The translations under genes were made by a program, and so were the position numbers. A stretch of DNA of 64,000 nucleotides, taken from NCBI RefSeq assembly GCF_009914755.1, contig NC_060925.1, one strand, 5' to 3'. The notes beneath the pieces are model-generated. The model made no database searches. It worked only from the letters and a program-made list of their open reading frames with translations, and had not been told where the DNA came from. This document shows, piece by piece, positions 26,007 through 38,918 of this stretch. Position 1 is the first letter of the stretch, and every line of letters begins with the position of its first letter. This DNA comes from the human T2T-CHM13v2.0 reference genome, Homo sapiens.

Positions 26007-27499
26007 GGGTCTTTCAGCTCTAAGGTATTTTAACAAAATTTGATGCCCTCTAGGGTGACCAAGAATTGTTTCTTTCTTTTTTTCTCTCACCACACATAGG
26101 AACAAATACACGGATTCTCAAACACTCACATGCAAACTCTTACACAAGTACACACTTCCTAATACATAAGGACATGTGTTTTCACACAGATATTCTCACA
26201 TATGCACTTAATACTCCATACACTTAAGAACTCATGTTTTCTTATAAACACTCTTACGTACATGCAAATGCTAGTCTGTCTTGTTCTCCACTGAATCTCC
26301 AGCATCTAGAGAGCAGAGTAAATCCTCAAAACTCATTCCTGGAATGAACGAATAAATGACCCTCTCTGCCCACCATATTGACACAGGCATTCACACACAT
26401 CAGTTTTGTATATACAAGAAATAAGATGTGCACACTCAAAAGTGTGAGTGAATGCTGACATACATTAAATATGCCCAGCACAATCACTCCCACCCACAGA
26501 CTCACATTTTATATCTCCTTCAGGGGCCCTCCCAGGAGCTGAGCTAAGGGAGACCCTTTTCTCGGTCATGCTGAAAGTTTCCTTGTTGTCAGGTTTGACT
26601 CCAGGAACATCCAAGGACCTCGCTTCAGATGTCAGAGATAACACCACAACCTTCTATTTGGACAGTCCTTTGTAAAAGTCAAATCACTTTATCAGATGAT
26701 ATCCCACTTGATCCTCTCAGCAGACCTGAGGGAGGCCTTTGAGCTGGGGTTATCCTCTCCATGTTACAGACAGGGTAACAGAGACCTGTAGAGATTAGGT
26801 CATTTGTCCAAGGTCAGAAAGCCAGCTAGTAAGTGAATCACCCAACCAGAACCCACCCCGCCTGCTCCCCGCCCCCCCTTCCCCCGTCTCGGGCTCTTTC
26901 CGTTGCCTCTCCCAGTGACTGGTTTAAGAGGATTATTTATTCTTCAGTTGTTTTCGCCGCCTAATTTCTGTCTTTCTTTATCCTTTTTTTATCCCCCGTT
27001 TCCGCCTCCAAAGAGTAGAGTTTCAGTAGGGAGTAAGGGAGGCCAAGTTCACCATCAGAAGAAAAATCTAAAGTATCTTTTCCTTGTAAATCTCAGCCAA
27101 AATTCCTGCCAAATAAAATGAGAACTTACCACACTCGCACGCACCCACCTTCACAAAGAACCAACTTAACTTGCAAAAGGAACAAAGTTAATAAAGTTAA
27201 TATCTACTGCAGAGAACAGAGTAAGGCCCCTCTGGCCATGTAATTTGCCAACTAATTAAAAGTTATTCAGCTTTATAATTTCAAAAATTTGCATCACTTT
27301 TAGTTGCTTGGAAGGAATTGGTAATGTGCAAGCCTATTCTGGTCATTTTGGCTTTGGGCGAGCATGTGGGCCAGTCTGCACCATTTCTTTTCCACAAAGA
27401 TGGCACTGTGGGAAGCCTGGGGGCTCCCTTTGGGGCTTTGTGGACGCACCTGTAGCCTTGCTGGCACCACTCTTTCCTGGTTCCAGCAGCCCTCAGGAG

Positions 27500-27735
27500 A
27501 GATGGTAAGGCAGTGTGACAAGATCACTGGCTTTGGAGTCAGGCTGACTGGTTTGAATCCCAGCTTTACCCCTTAATGGCTATATGACCATGGACAAGTT
27601 GTTTAACCTCATGGGCTTCAATTTCCTCATCTATGAAAAAGCTACTGATACCACTACCTTGGAAGGTTATTATTAGAATTAGGGCTAGCTTATATCCTAG
27701 CACATAGTAGATGCTCAATAAATGGTAGATACCAT
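27500..27735 (+). mobile_element. MIR
   Basis: ggctttggagtcaggctgactggtttgaatcccagct...aatttcctcatctatgaaa...gcacatagtagatgctcaataaatggtag. Confidence 0.85.
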
Positions 27736-28378
27736 CAGATTGGTCAACCTAGCACTTGATTCTACCCTGTCTTAGGTTTCTAGGTGGAGGTTGTGTGGAG
27801 GGAGTAATAGGATAGTTAGGGAAGAGGGACAGAGGAGAACCAGGTTCCATGCCTGGCTGTACAATGGATTTGGGAAACTAACCCCTCTCTGGTCTCTGCC
27901 ACCCCATCCATACATCTCTAAGGGGCTTTCCAACCCTGTGACCTGCATGTTGGCCAAGGATTAAGACTGGGTCTCCTCCTATCTCTACCCTTGGGTTAGA
28001 GAAAAGGCCAGATACACAGTATCTGCTCGAAGACAACCTAGCTGTTTGACTTTGTCCACTGCTGGTCAACCAAGTCGAGAGACATGGTAGATGCAAACTC
28101 AGATATACTCAGGTCAACTGTGTTCAAGGAAGGGATGACAATGTTATCTCATGTAACTGTTACATTGAATAAGCCAGACTCATGGGGGAATAATCAAGAA
28201 ACAACTTTCATCAGTTATTCTGCACTTCTGAGTCTCTTTTGTTCTTTTTGATGAAATCTGGGACTTGCTTTATGACTCTTCTGTTTTCTCTTAGGTAATA
28301 CAAATTTCCCCATCTGTCTTAAATCACAAAATATTGTTTCTGCTCGGTAATTAACTTGTCTAGGATACTACTATTACT

Positions 28379-28724
28379 CATCTTAGTCCATTTTGTGCTG
28401 CTATAGCAGAATAACTGAGACCGGGTAATTTAGAAGGAAGAGAAATTTATTTCTTATGGTTCTGGAGGATAGGAAGTCCAAGATCAAGGAGCTGGCATCT
28501 GGCGAGGGCCCTCCTGCTGCATCGTCCCATGGTGGAAAGGCAAAGAGAGGGCAAGAGATTGAACTCCCAGCCTCACGCCCTTTTATAATTGGCATTAATC
28601 CATTCATGAGGGTGGAGCCCTCATGGCCTAATTACCTCTCATTAAGCCCCACCTCCCAACACTGTTGCATTGGGGATTAAGTTTCCAACACATGCTTTTC
28701 AGGGAACACATTTAAACCATAGCA
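28379..28724 (-). mobile_element. MST-family MaLR solo LTR (MSTD-like)
   Basis: tcttagtccattttgtgctgctata...aaaccatagca; 5-bp TSD ttact/ctact. Confidence 0.9.
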
Positions 28725-31700
28725 CTACTGTTAACCTATTAACAATAATAGCAGTAATAAACTTCAAACTTCCTTTAAAAGCAAGATTTTTTTTCCCCTC
28801 ACTACTTGCTTGGACCTGGAACTGCTGCTGGCCTGCAGTGAGAAAGAGGCTCAATCTCCTGCAGTGAGAAAGGGGCTGTTTCTTCTTTCTACTTCTCTGT
28901 CTATGTCTTGCTAACCATTGTGGATTTATATATATATATATATATCTCTATTGTCAGGAATGGGAAGAGAAAAAGAAGGAAGAGGAACAGGAGAATTTTT
29001 ACTGGACAAGTATAGAATTGAAGATACAGGGTCTCTCTGAGCTTGGCAGGCATTAACCTTACTTCTTCTTTCATTTGGTATATTTGTGGGTTCTTTGGAA
29101 AATCCCCACCCCCAACTCATGCAGGTGATCCCTGATGTGGGTAAATGCATTTTGATTCTAGCTGGCTCCTTCAGATTCCTTCCCCAGCCCCTAGGCATCT
29201 TCCAGCACCACCTGCCTCTTTATGCTGAGGTCCTTCATCCCACTAGATGGTCCTCTGACAGGGTTTAGGAAGACTTAGACCATCTCTCTGTCATGTGTTC
29301 CAGATCTAGTTCAAGAAAACACATCTGCATTCTCTACCTTGATAAACTGAGAATTTAGGTTGTCCCCAGTGCAGCAACCTCCCTTTATTCTTCTGTTGGG
29401 CAGCTGGTCAGCCGGCATCTAACCTTTTACATTTAGCAGTGGGAATCAGATTCTAGTTTACAGTATCCCCCAAATATAGGGAAAACATCATGTTCTCCAA
29501 CTATCCCATTAAAGTCACTTTCCCCGGGCTTGAGTTAATGGAGGGAGTGGACAAAGACACACGATGTACTTACAGCTCTTTCCAGAAAAACCCTATCTAA
29601 TCCCCCACTTTGTTCTTGGCCTCTCCCACCTCTTTTATATGCCAGAGTTGAGTAAGGATCAGCAAGGAACCTCAAAAGTAGTTTTTAATACAATCTTTTG
29701 CAGTTCTTACAGGTTGGTCCTACACTGTACTTGCAGAGGTGGTGTCCATTATCTTGGGGCCTCCCATGAAATGTGGACTAATGTAGTTTATGTTTTTTTT
29801 CCAAGGCAAAACTCTGAGGTAGATATTGCTACCTGTATTTCATGGTTGAGAAAACAGATTGGGAGAGGCTAAGCAACTAGCTCTAAGCATACAGCTAGTG
29901 GGGATTAAAAACCAAGTTAATCAGATCAAAACCTGAATTCTTTTCATCCTACATGAAGATTGAGCTTTACCTCTATAGCAGCTGGTGGATATAAAAATGC
30001 TTGAGGGCCTGCCACACAGCCAAGTTAAGCATCCACATCACAATCGAGTGTGACTGTCAGCTCCTTATTAATCTTGAAGCATGTTCCTATCCATGAACTC
30101 ATTTGCTGGGACATCATCCAGGACAAGAACCTTCCCAATGCCCATTGAATTGCTTTTGAAGAACCCAGCAAATAAAGTCTTTCTTGTGCTTGACCCAAGC
30201 ATTGATTACCTCTTTCATTTTATCCCTACGGTTTTTAGTTAATTTCTTCTGCTTTTCAGTTCTGCTGATTATTATGTTGGAGAGAGACCCTCAATTAACA
30301 TAATCTTTATAATCACCAACAACATGTATTTAAAAAGTGTTCATTTGTTTGTAATATCTGCCTTTATCTTGTTCATCTCTGTGTCTGCAGCAGTCTTAGT
30401 ACATATTATTACTCCATAAAGGGTAGTTGAATTAATTCATTAGCTAAACAGAGTTAATTTAAGGGTGGGTTAGAGTTGGGGAAGGAGAATGAGAAGGAGG
30501 GAAATGCGTACCTATGGGAGCTGTAATGTCAACCAACCATGGCTCATACTCCCAATTCCCTGGGCATGCCTGGGTAAGGGTCTGTTAGCTTCAACTTTCT
30601 CACCTGACCAACAGGGATAAGGGTCTCCGTCCTGTCAGCCTCACTGGGAGTGTAAGATGAACCTCCAACAAATCATCGAAGTAGAAAGACATAAAAAAGT
30701 ATCACACATGTGGGTTTAGTCTGGGAAAACAAAACTTCTGACTCAGCCTGGGTCTCCTCAGACAGTGGGCTAGGAAGACCCAGAAAACCACTCTGGCCTG
30801 TGTGAGTTGCAAACAGAGGCTTCTACTTTCTGGGATAAATTATCCATGAGGCAGAGGCGTCAGGGCTGTCTGCTCCCTGTCTGGCCTCCTTTGCCATCTC
30901 ACTTCATGAGGCATAAATCCCCAAGACTCCCCAGTCATTTCTTATCTGCGTCAGTGTTTATTTTTTTAAATTGTGTTCCGCCCTCTTTTCTCTGCTTGCT
31001 ATTTTATAGGGATATGGGCCAGGAGGGCAGAATCCAACTACAAATCTCACAGCTCTCCCTGCTGAGACGTTGGGACAGAGGGAGTGAGCTATGGTGGTCT
31101 GAAGCGTAGATGTTCCAGCAAGGGCCAGAGAAAGTGCCTTGGGGTATTTCCTGAGAAGTGGGGCTCTGAGATTTGCTCTCCTGGTGTGCCCAGACCTCAG
31201 AATGCAGAATCCAGAGAGAACAGAGAGTGTGCTCATGAGAAAAGGACACCAGGTGTGCTATTGGACTCATCTCCATCACACCTAGTTGGGTGACATTGAC
31301 TAAGCTACCGAATGTCTCTTAGCCTCATTTTAGTCTTTAATGGGCATGACAATAACTCTTAAGGTGATTGTGAGGATCAACTGGGATGACCCAGGCCACT
31401 GTGTCTAGCATACCACCTGCCATGGGAGGTGTGCAGTACACATCAATTCCTCTTATCTTCAGCTGTGATTGTGAAGTAATGCATTTATCATCTAGTGTTC
31501 CTCAAGACTCTTGAATGTAAGCTCCTTCTAGGCAGGGACTTTGTCTGGCTTGTTCACCCCAGGATCCCCATCACCCAGTAGAATGCCTGACATATTATCT
31601 GTGCTCAATCAACGTTGGCTGAATAATGAATGAAACCAAATTCTCCATATGATTTCCATAGGCACAGAGAAATTTCAATATGAGAACATTGCTACAGAGA

Positions 31701-34522
31701 CATACAGACATTCGGAATCAGAAAGGGCTTTTGAACAACATGCAACTTGAGGTCTTCTTTGTTGACAGGAAGACGCTTAGGTTCAGAGAGGGAAGACACT
31801 TGGCCAGGATTCCACCAGATGTTAGGGCTGGAACCCAGCTCTTCTGACTCCCCATCTGATGTTCTTTATACTACATTATGCTGTCAGTCATGTCTTTAAG
31901 GTAGAAGAGAAGGGTAGAGAATTATGAAACAGAAAAACCTAAGAAAAGGAAAGCGAAGGGAAAGAAAGCATTTCCACTCAAGTTGAGAGAGAGACAGATA
32001 GTCAGAAAGACAGACAGACAGACACAGATATAGAGAAAGACAGAGAGACTCAGGACTGGGACCTAAGAGGAATTAAATCCAAAACATACTATGTTACATG
32101 ACAGACAGCCTGAGTGTTACTTCAGAACACTGAGAACTCTCCCCTCATCGTGGGCTCAGCAGTGCCCTTGACCTTTATCCATGTGGGTCACAGCATGAGT
32201 AACCTTGGTAAAAATGGGGAAGCCTCAATTTCCACTAGAAGCCAACCTCTATTGCCTATTTCAGCCTGGCTAGCAAGGCTTTGTTTTCCTCATAACCTAC
32301 ACAATGGTGTCACTACTACCAACACTACCCTTTCCAGCAGTTCAATTACTACTATAAAAGTTCATATCTTTCTAATGCTTATTATGTGCCAGGCACTGTC
32401 CTAGTATTTTACATGCATTAACTCAGTTAATCCTCATAGCCACCATCGTTTTACAGATGAGGTTAAGTAATCTGCCTGTGATCATCCCATTGGTAAAGAG
32501 AGGAGCAGCAGCACAAAGGCCAGACATCTCTCTGGGGTTAAAGCCCAGCACAAGCTGTCCTCATGTCTCACTCTGGCCTTTCTCCTGCTATCCTTTCAGA
32601 GGTCACCTTGTTTTCACTGAATCGAAACAGATTCTTCCATTTTATTCTGATGTGCTTTAACCACACTTCCTACTCCTCCATGTCTGCAAATATCCAAATA
32701 AAATACCGTTCCAGGCCCTGTGCTAGGGGCTGGGAATGCAGATATGAGAAATGGTGCAGTCTAATAGGGAGGCTGACATTTAAATGGAACATTACAAAGT
32801 AGTTCTTTAAGTACTAAAGAGAAGCATGACCCCAGCACCTGGGGAGTTAGAATAGGATTCACAGAAGAGGAGGAAATATTTCATCTGCCTCTGAGTTGAG
32901 TAAATGACCACCAGAAGAGGGAGGGAACAGAGAGTGCAGGCTGAGACATGCTGGTGCAAAGCAGGATTTGGGGGGAACAAGTGGGGTTTACAATGGAGAG
33001 GGGCAGAACGTGAGACTGGAAAGGGCTTGAGGTCAAGATGTAAAAGATTTGAAGACCAGGCTAAGGGCTGGCTTTGTCTCCGTGATAATGCTTTATTGAT
33101 AATGATCATGAATGACAGACCTGGCTGACCCCCATATTGACTGACACACAGAGGAGCTGATTGGCTGATAGAGGTATGTGTCAAAACTTCTCCATAGCAA
33201 CAGGGAGTATATTGGAGCCATTTCTGTTGAAGGCCCAGCCCTGCTACGACAGAGAAAATTCTCTTTCTGCCCTCAATTTCCTCCAAGCTGAGACTTCCTT
33301 GCTTCTGGCTGCAGATGATGCTCCTGGCTCTGGGATACGTTGGGCCAAGAATTTCTGCCAGCCTTCTGGGCTTCTTATGAAATCAGACATTCGAACGAGG
33401 CCCCAGTTTCCCAACACACGCCTAAATCACTTCCACTGTTCTGAAACCTACTCCATGTATCCACCACTCACCAGAGCTAGAGGGGTCTGCAGCCAAGCTG
33501 GGAAGAATCAGACCTCCGAAACTCTGAACCGTGGGAGACCAGGTTCAGAGTTGCTAGGACTTGCTAGGACCAAGCCTGCAAAAGGCCAGGCAGTCCCACC
33601 CTTAGCCCTGGGAGGAGAACTTCCTAAATGTACAGCCACTAGCAGTTTAATAGCTCTGGGGCCAGCTCATGTACATAAACTCTCAGTTTTATTTTGATAT
33701 TTATAGTCACTTGTAAAATAAATAACACACTTGATTGGAGGTTGTTAAGTTGGTGCTCACTGCTTGCCAAGGGCCTGGGAAGCCTGCTGGGGTGTGACCA
33801 CTCTGGGCATTCTACAGAGAAGCTTGATTGCTCTTCCTTCCACCCTGAGTCCACAGCACTCTTTCCATGTGGTGTTGTTCCCACCTTAGACCTATTACTC
33901 CCTCTCATAGGCTCTCTCAGAGCTGGCTAAGGCCTCTCTGACTTCCTTGATTCCAGAGCCTCTGAGAGGGAGTAGGAGATACTCTGGCATCTCCCACTGA
34001 ATTAGAAGCCTGGTGTTTTAGAATCTAAACATCTTTCAAGCTGAGATTATTAATGTCCAAGGATAGTCAGATTATAAATTGTGAGAAACTTGGAATTCTA
34101 AACTATCTGAAACAGAAATAGGGGGCACTGAAATATCAAATGATAAGAATTTCAGAAGTGAGGAGCTTAGTTTGAGTCTAGGCCTCTGTCCTCCATTAGG
34201 TTTAGATGAGGCTAAACAGATGTAGCTAACTGGTGTGTGTGTGGTGGAGGTAGGGGTGGGAAATGGCCAGGTAATGATTGGCAATAGGCAGGTAGACCTG
34301 GCTGAAGAGTGGGGAAAGGTGGAAGCTGCAGAGAGGAACAGAAGGTGCTGCATTCTCACTGACCAAATGTGTTCATAAGGACGTGAAAGATACCTATGAG
34401 GAATTTGGGAACCCTGGGGGCAGGAGCCAGTGAAAATTTGAGCTATTACTATTATGTAACCTCATTTAACTCAAGTTAGTTAGAAGTCTGGACTTTTAGG
34501 GCTTTAGAATTAAGACTCAAAG

Positions 34523-34777
34523 AGCCATGAATGGACTCATGCCTGTAATCCCAGCACTTTGGGAGGCTGAGGGAGGTGGATTGCTTGAGCCCAGGAGTTT
34601 GAGGCCAGCCTGTGCTAGCCGTCTAAAAAAATAGACGGGCATGGTGGCACAAGCTTCTAGTTCCAGCTACTTGGTGGCTGAGGTGGGAGGATCACTTAAG
34701 CCTAGGAGTTTGAGGCTGGAGTGAGCTATGATCATGTCACTGCACTCCAGCCTGGGCAACAGAGCAAGACCTTGTCT

Positions 34778-34810
<33 letters not shown>
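34523..34810 (+). mobile_element. AluJ with internal deletion and long pure A tail
   Basis: J-type ggattgcttgagcccagg and gagctatgatc; TSD agaatt(a/c)agactcaaag at 34506-34522 and 34811-34827. Confidence 0.92.
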
Positions 34811-34813
<3 letters not shown>

Positions 34814-36150
34814 ATTCAGACTCAAAGCCTTTTAGGCTACCAGATATTTAGACTAGAATCTAGACTAGTAAAGATGTAGATTAGAATCTTAGAATCCTAG
34901 AATTCTAGGATAATATAACTTAAGGGTCCTAGTAATGTATCTAGTCTTTTTCCCAGTGAAATAGGCTGGGGTTTGGAGACAGTCTGGGATAAAGAAGACC
35001 TACTGTGGGCTATTGCAGCTTTATGAGTTTCACAACATCCAAAGTTGAGCTGGACCTGAGGAGCAATGAGGGAGGGAAAAGCAGCAGCACGTGGTTACCA
35101 TTAATGATAGATGTAAGACAGGATCTTGATTTAATACTTCTTAGTGCAATTAAAATAAAATTAAAAGAGATGCCCCACTTAATATTCCTACCTTATGCAG
35201 AGGGAACGGAGGTCCAGAGAAGGAAAGTAGTATGTCCAGTTTGGAATAATCAGTTAGTGACAGATCAGATCTGGATGTGGGTCCGTGTTGCTTGGCTTCC
35301 AGCCAGTTATTTCCTTTTCACTGGTCTGCTCCTCCTGGACTGAGATCACTCATTGCATTCTCTTGACAGCTTTATGGGAAGCAGTTAGTGTATCACTGGC
35401 CTGTTTAGAAAAATAAAGGACAATGAAGAAAGGAAATGGATTGTGTGATGGGAGCGCTGGGCAAAATTCATGAGTTAATTCAGGATGAGGCTGTGAATTT
35501 TACCCTTCTCCAGCCCAGTTCTGTTTTCCTGTCACAGACCAACTCCTGTCCTTGATGGGCTGAACTGGCTAGTCCCAAAGTGAGGCTTCAGTCTAGTCAC
35601 AGACGGACCCTCGGCCTTGGCTGAAGACTGAGCCTTGACTTCGATAACAAAATAAGATAAAGCATTTAATGAGAAAATGAGAACACAGGCCATATTTCAT
35701 ACTGAGCAGAATACAGGTCATTTTCTGTACTGAGTCAGATCTTCTGGTGTAGGGGAAAGACAGCAGGCTCTAGGGTCCCCTGGAACAGAGCCTCCTGGTT
35801 TCATGAAGAGGGAGTTTCTGAGAAGAAGGCTTTTTCACTATGCACATTTCAGATTTCTCTGCCCCTGTAGATGAGAAGTGACATCTGATTGGTGAATTTG
35901 GGAAGAACTTTAGGGCATGTAAAGCACAGTTCTGCTACTTTCTTTATCTTGAGGGCTGTCTGTCTACAAGAAGCACACTTTCTGCTCTTGCTCTTGGGTC
36001 TTGTCCTGATAGCCAAGGATGGCCTCATATAGTGCTGCTGTGCTTGGTTGGGAAAGTCTGCCTACTTAGGGGGATGATTTAGCTGTACTATGTCATTCAG
36101 GATACCTTTTGAACCAACATCTCCCAAACTGCGGTAAAAGTTAATTTCTT

Positions 36151-36151
36151 T

Positions 36152-36189
<38 letters not shown>

Positions 36190-36474
36190 GAGACAGTGTT
36201 TACCCTGTCACCAGGCTGGAGTGTAGTAGCAGAATCAAGCTTACTGCACCCTAGAGCTCTTGGGTTCATGTGATCCTCCCACCTCAGCGTCCCAAGTAGC
36301 TGGAAGCATAGGCACATGCCACCACACCAGGTTAATTTTTTGTATTTTTTTGTAGAGATGGAGTTTTACCATGTTGCCCACGCTGGTTTCAAACTTCTGG
36401 GCTCAAGTGATCTATCTGCCCGTTTTGGCCTCTCAAAATGCTGGGATTACAGGCATGAACCACCATGCCCAGCC
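36151..36474 (-). mobile_element. AluJ
   Basis: Dimeric Alu; perfect 16-bp TSD taaaagttaatttctt at 36135-36150 and 36475-36490. Confidence 0.93.
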
Positions 36475-36587
36475 TAAAAGTTAATTTCTTGCTCATGTCA
36501 CTAGAAGATGTGAAAAGGGTGCTCTGCTTCATGCAGTCATTCAGGACCCAAGTTCCCTCCATTGTGTGGCTCTGGCATCTTCTAGAA

Positions 36588-36802
36588 CAGTGGTTCTCAA
36601 CCAGGGATGATCTTGCCACAGATGGGGCATTTGGAAACGTCTAGAAACATTTTGGTTGTCACAACTGGAGAGTGGGGAATGCTACTGGCATCTAGTAGGT
36701 AGACACCAGAGATGCTGCTAAATATCCTACAGTATACAGGACAATCTCTAATAAAGAATTATCTGGCCTAAATGCCAGTAGTGCTGAAGTTGAAAAATCT
36801 TG
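36588..36802 (+). mobile_element. MER20 hAT-Charlie MITE
   Basis: cagtggttctcaacc...ttttggttgtcacaactgg...gctactggcatctagtaggtaga...gatgctgctaaatatcctac; TSD ttctagaa/ttctaggg. Confidence 0.92.
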
Positions 36803-38114
36803 TTCTAGGGCCTTCTTGGATCATTCAACCAGCAGATGAAGAAAAAGAGGGCGAATGGAGAATTATATGTCAGAGAATTTTATGGATCTTACTGGTAAGT
36901 GATGTGTAACACTTTTGCCCACATTCTACTGGCCAGAACTAAGTCACATGACCACATACAAGGAACAAGGCTGGGAACTGTGGTCTAATGATGGCCAGCA
37001 AGAAGAGGAAGCAGGTTTGCTGAGCGTCTAACCACTCTCTGCCATAAGACCCATTTGTCTCCAACTATAACCTGTAAAGGTGCTGTTTTGGCCTCCATCT
37101 CTATTCTCTTTTATTTCTTAAATCATTCAAATTTAATCACCCATGGATTAAAATACTGAGTAGGGCAAACTGCTTTAACTCTTTGGTCTTCCCTTTGCTA
37201 ATCTACAACACAGAGTTAATACAAATGACCTCCCAGGGATTGTTGGGAGGGTTTCTCCTGCTCTGTTGCTCTATCTGCATTCTTAAAGGTGATCCCTCCT
37301 TCTTCCAACCAAAATAAGACTCTGAGGTACCCCATTCCAGAAAAGGAAGTTTCATCCTGATCATGAAACTCAGTTCTCAAAGAAAGAAAAATGAATATGT
37401 TTGCAGGATTCTGAGACATCTTGCAGTTACTCAGAAATTTTCTCTGAAAATAAAAATGGCTACAGAAAAGAATCCTTGACTGAGGGGTAGAGGGGCACTT
37501 GACTTCTAGTTCCAGTCCTGCCTCTGAATGGCATATGTAGGCTAGGACACATTCCTTCCCTGGATCTTAGGGCTCTTGTTAGAGAGTGGGCAAGGTGATT
37601 TTTCTGTAGCTCTAAGATCCACTGTAAGTTTCTCTGTTGCTTGAATTTCCCTCTCCCCCACCAAACTAATCTCTTTCTTGGCATCAGTACGCACTTAAAG
37701 AATAAGATCTTGTTTGTAAGGGAAGGGCACAGTGGAGGTGGGTGGTTTAATGACCACCTCCTCTCCTAGGGAACCAGTTTGCAGAGAGAAACCTTCAGGA
37801 GGTTGTCATAAATAACTAGACCCTTATCCTGACTTCCTCAGAAGGCAGTCAGAGCAATGATTGATGTAGCCCATTTGGGCAAGGTTGGAAGGCCAGGAGA
37901 ATGCTCACTGGCAGATCTGCTTGTAAAGTTTCACATTAACCACAACTGGGCTGGGTGTCAGCGTCTCGGACATCCTTGCAAGGCTTGCTCAAGAGCCTCA
38001 AAGACGAGGCAGAGAATTTCATGCCAGGTTAGAAGTGAGAGGTCAGTTTATGGGAATGAAGAGTAAAGGATAAACTCTAGATAACAGTTCAGAGAGAGAA
38101 CCTTCTCTCTGAAC

Positions 38115-38337
38115 TGTCAAATCTTTTCACTTCCCTCGGCCACATCAGAAAATGAATAATTGTCTTGGGCCAAATATAAAATACATATAAAATACTCATG
38201 GTAGCCGATGAGCTAAAAAAGAAAAACTCAAAAAAAATCTCATAGTGTTTTAAGAAAGTTGACAAATTTGTGTCGGGCTGCATTCAAAGCCATTCCGGGC
38301 TGCATGCAGCCCATGGGCCTTAGGTTGTACAAGCGTG
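38115..38337 (+). mobile_element. MER30 hAT-Charlie MITE with disrupted left terminus
   Basis: aatctttt...ggccacat...aattgtcttgggcca...gatgagctaaaaaa...gcattcaaagcc...ggttgtacaagcgtg, followed by ttctagag. Confidence 0.9.
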
Positions 38338-38819
38338 TTCTAGAGTTTCCTATGAGACCCTTACAAGGATAGTTTTTCTCCCATCTCTCTCAGAACCTCC
38401 AGAATACGGCAGGCATCATTAAAACCTACTCTAATTGACATGATGTGTGCATGATTTAAATATTTAATTACTTTTGGTCAAGAGTAAACAATTGTATGTT
38501 ACAAATTACATTCATAGTAGAAAAATATGAGACATAAAAGAGTTTTCTATGTTTCCTTCATCAGCAACACTGAGTGCTGAAAGGAGGAGCAAAAAAGGGA
38601 AAAAGAGTGTGGTGGAAGAAAGCCTGAGACGAAACACTGCTGCCTTCCCTATCTGGCTGCCCCAACTCTTAATTCTCCCCAAAGAGAAGTCATTAAAGAT
38701 TTACTGTCTTAGCTTGATAGGCAGCTTGAAGCTTTCTGGACCCATGGCTGCCCCTACCCACTTCCCACTTAGAAAGCCTCCTCCTCTCGCAAAGCCTGAG
38801 CCAGTCAGCAAGACTCCCT

Positions 38820-38918
38820 TTCTCCTGAGTTTTCTATCTGAGCAGGTGGTTGTTCTCCTGAGTTTTCTATCTGAGCAGGAGGTTGTTCTCCTGAGTTTTC
38901 TATCTGAGCAGGAGGTTG
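38820..38918. repeat. 3 x 33-bp tandem repeat
   Basis: ttctcctgagttttctatctgagcagg(t/a)ggttg three times, one substitution. Confidence 0.97.

Larger units (their letters stand above)
36085..37045 (-). mobile_element. MLT1 (MLT1K-like) MaLR LTR hosting an Alu and a MER20
   Basis: aaagttaatttcttgctcatg...gcagtcattcaggaccca...gcccacattctactggccagaact...agtcacatg...aggctgggaactgtggtct...ctctgccata. Confidence 0.75.

Noticed and set aside
29400-30270. Possible L3/CR1 antisense remnants
   Set aside because: Too diverged to call by eye; needs a Dfam HMM search
33161-33697. 178-aa plus-strand ORF
   Set aside because: No recognisable homology or exon context; length is compatible with chance
38820-38918. 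33-bp repeats as a CRISPR-like array
   Set aside because: Units are contiguous with no spacers, there are no cas genes, and the DNA is primate
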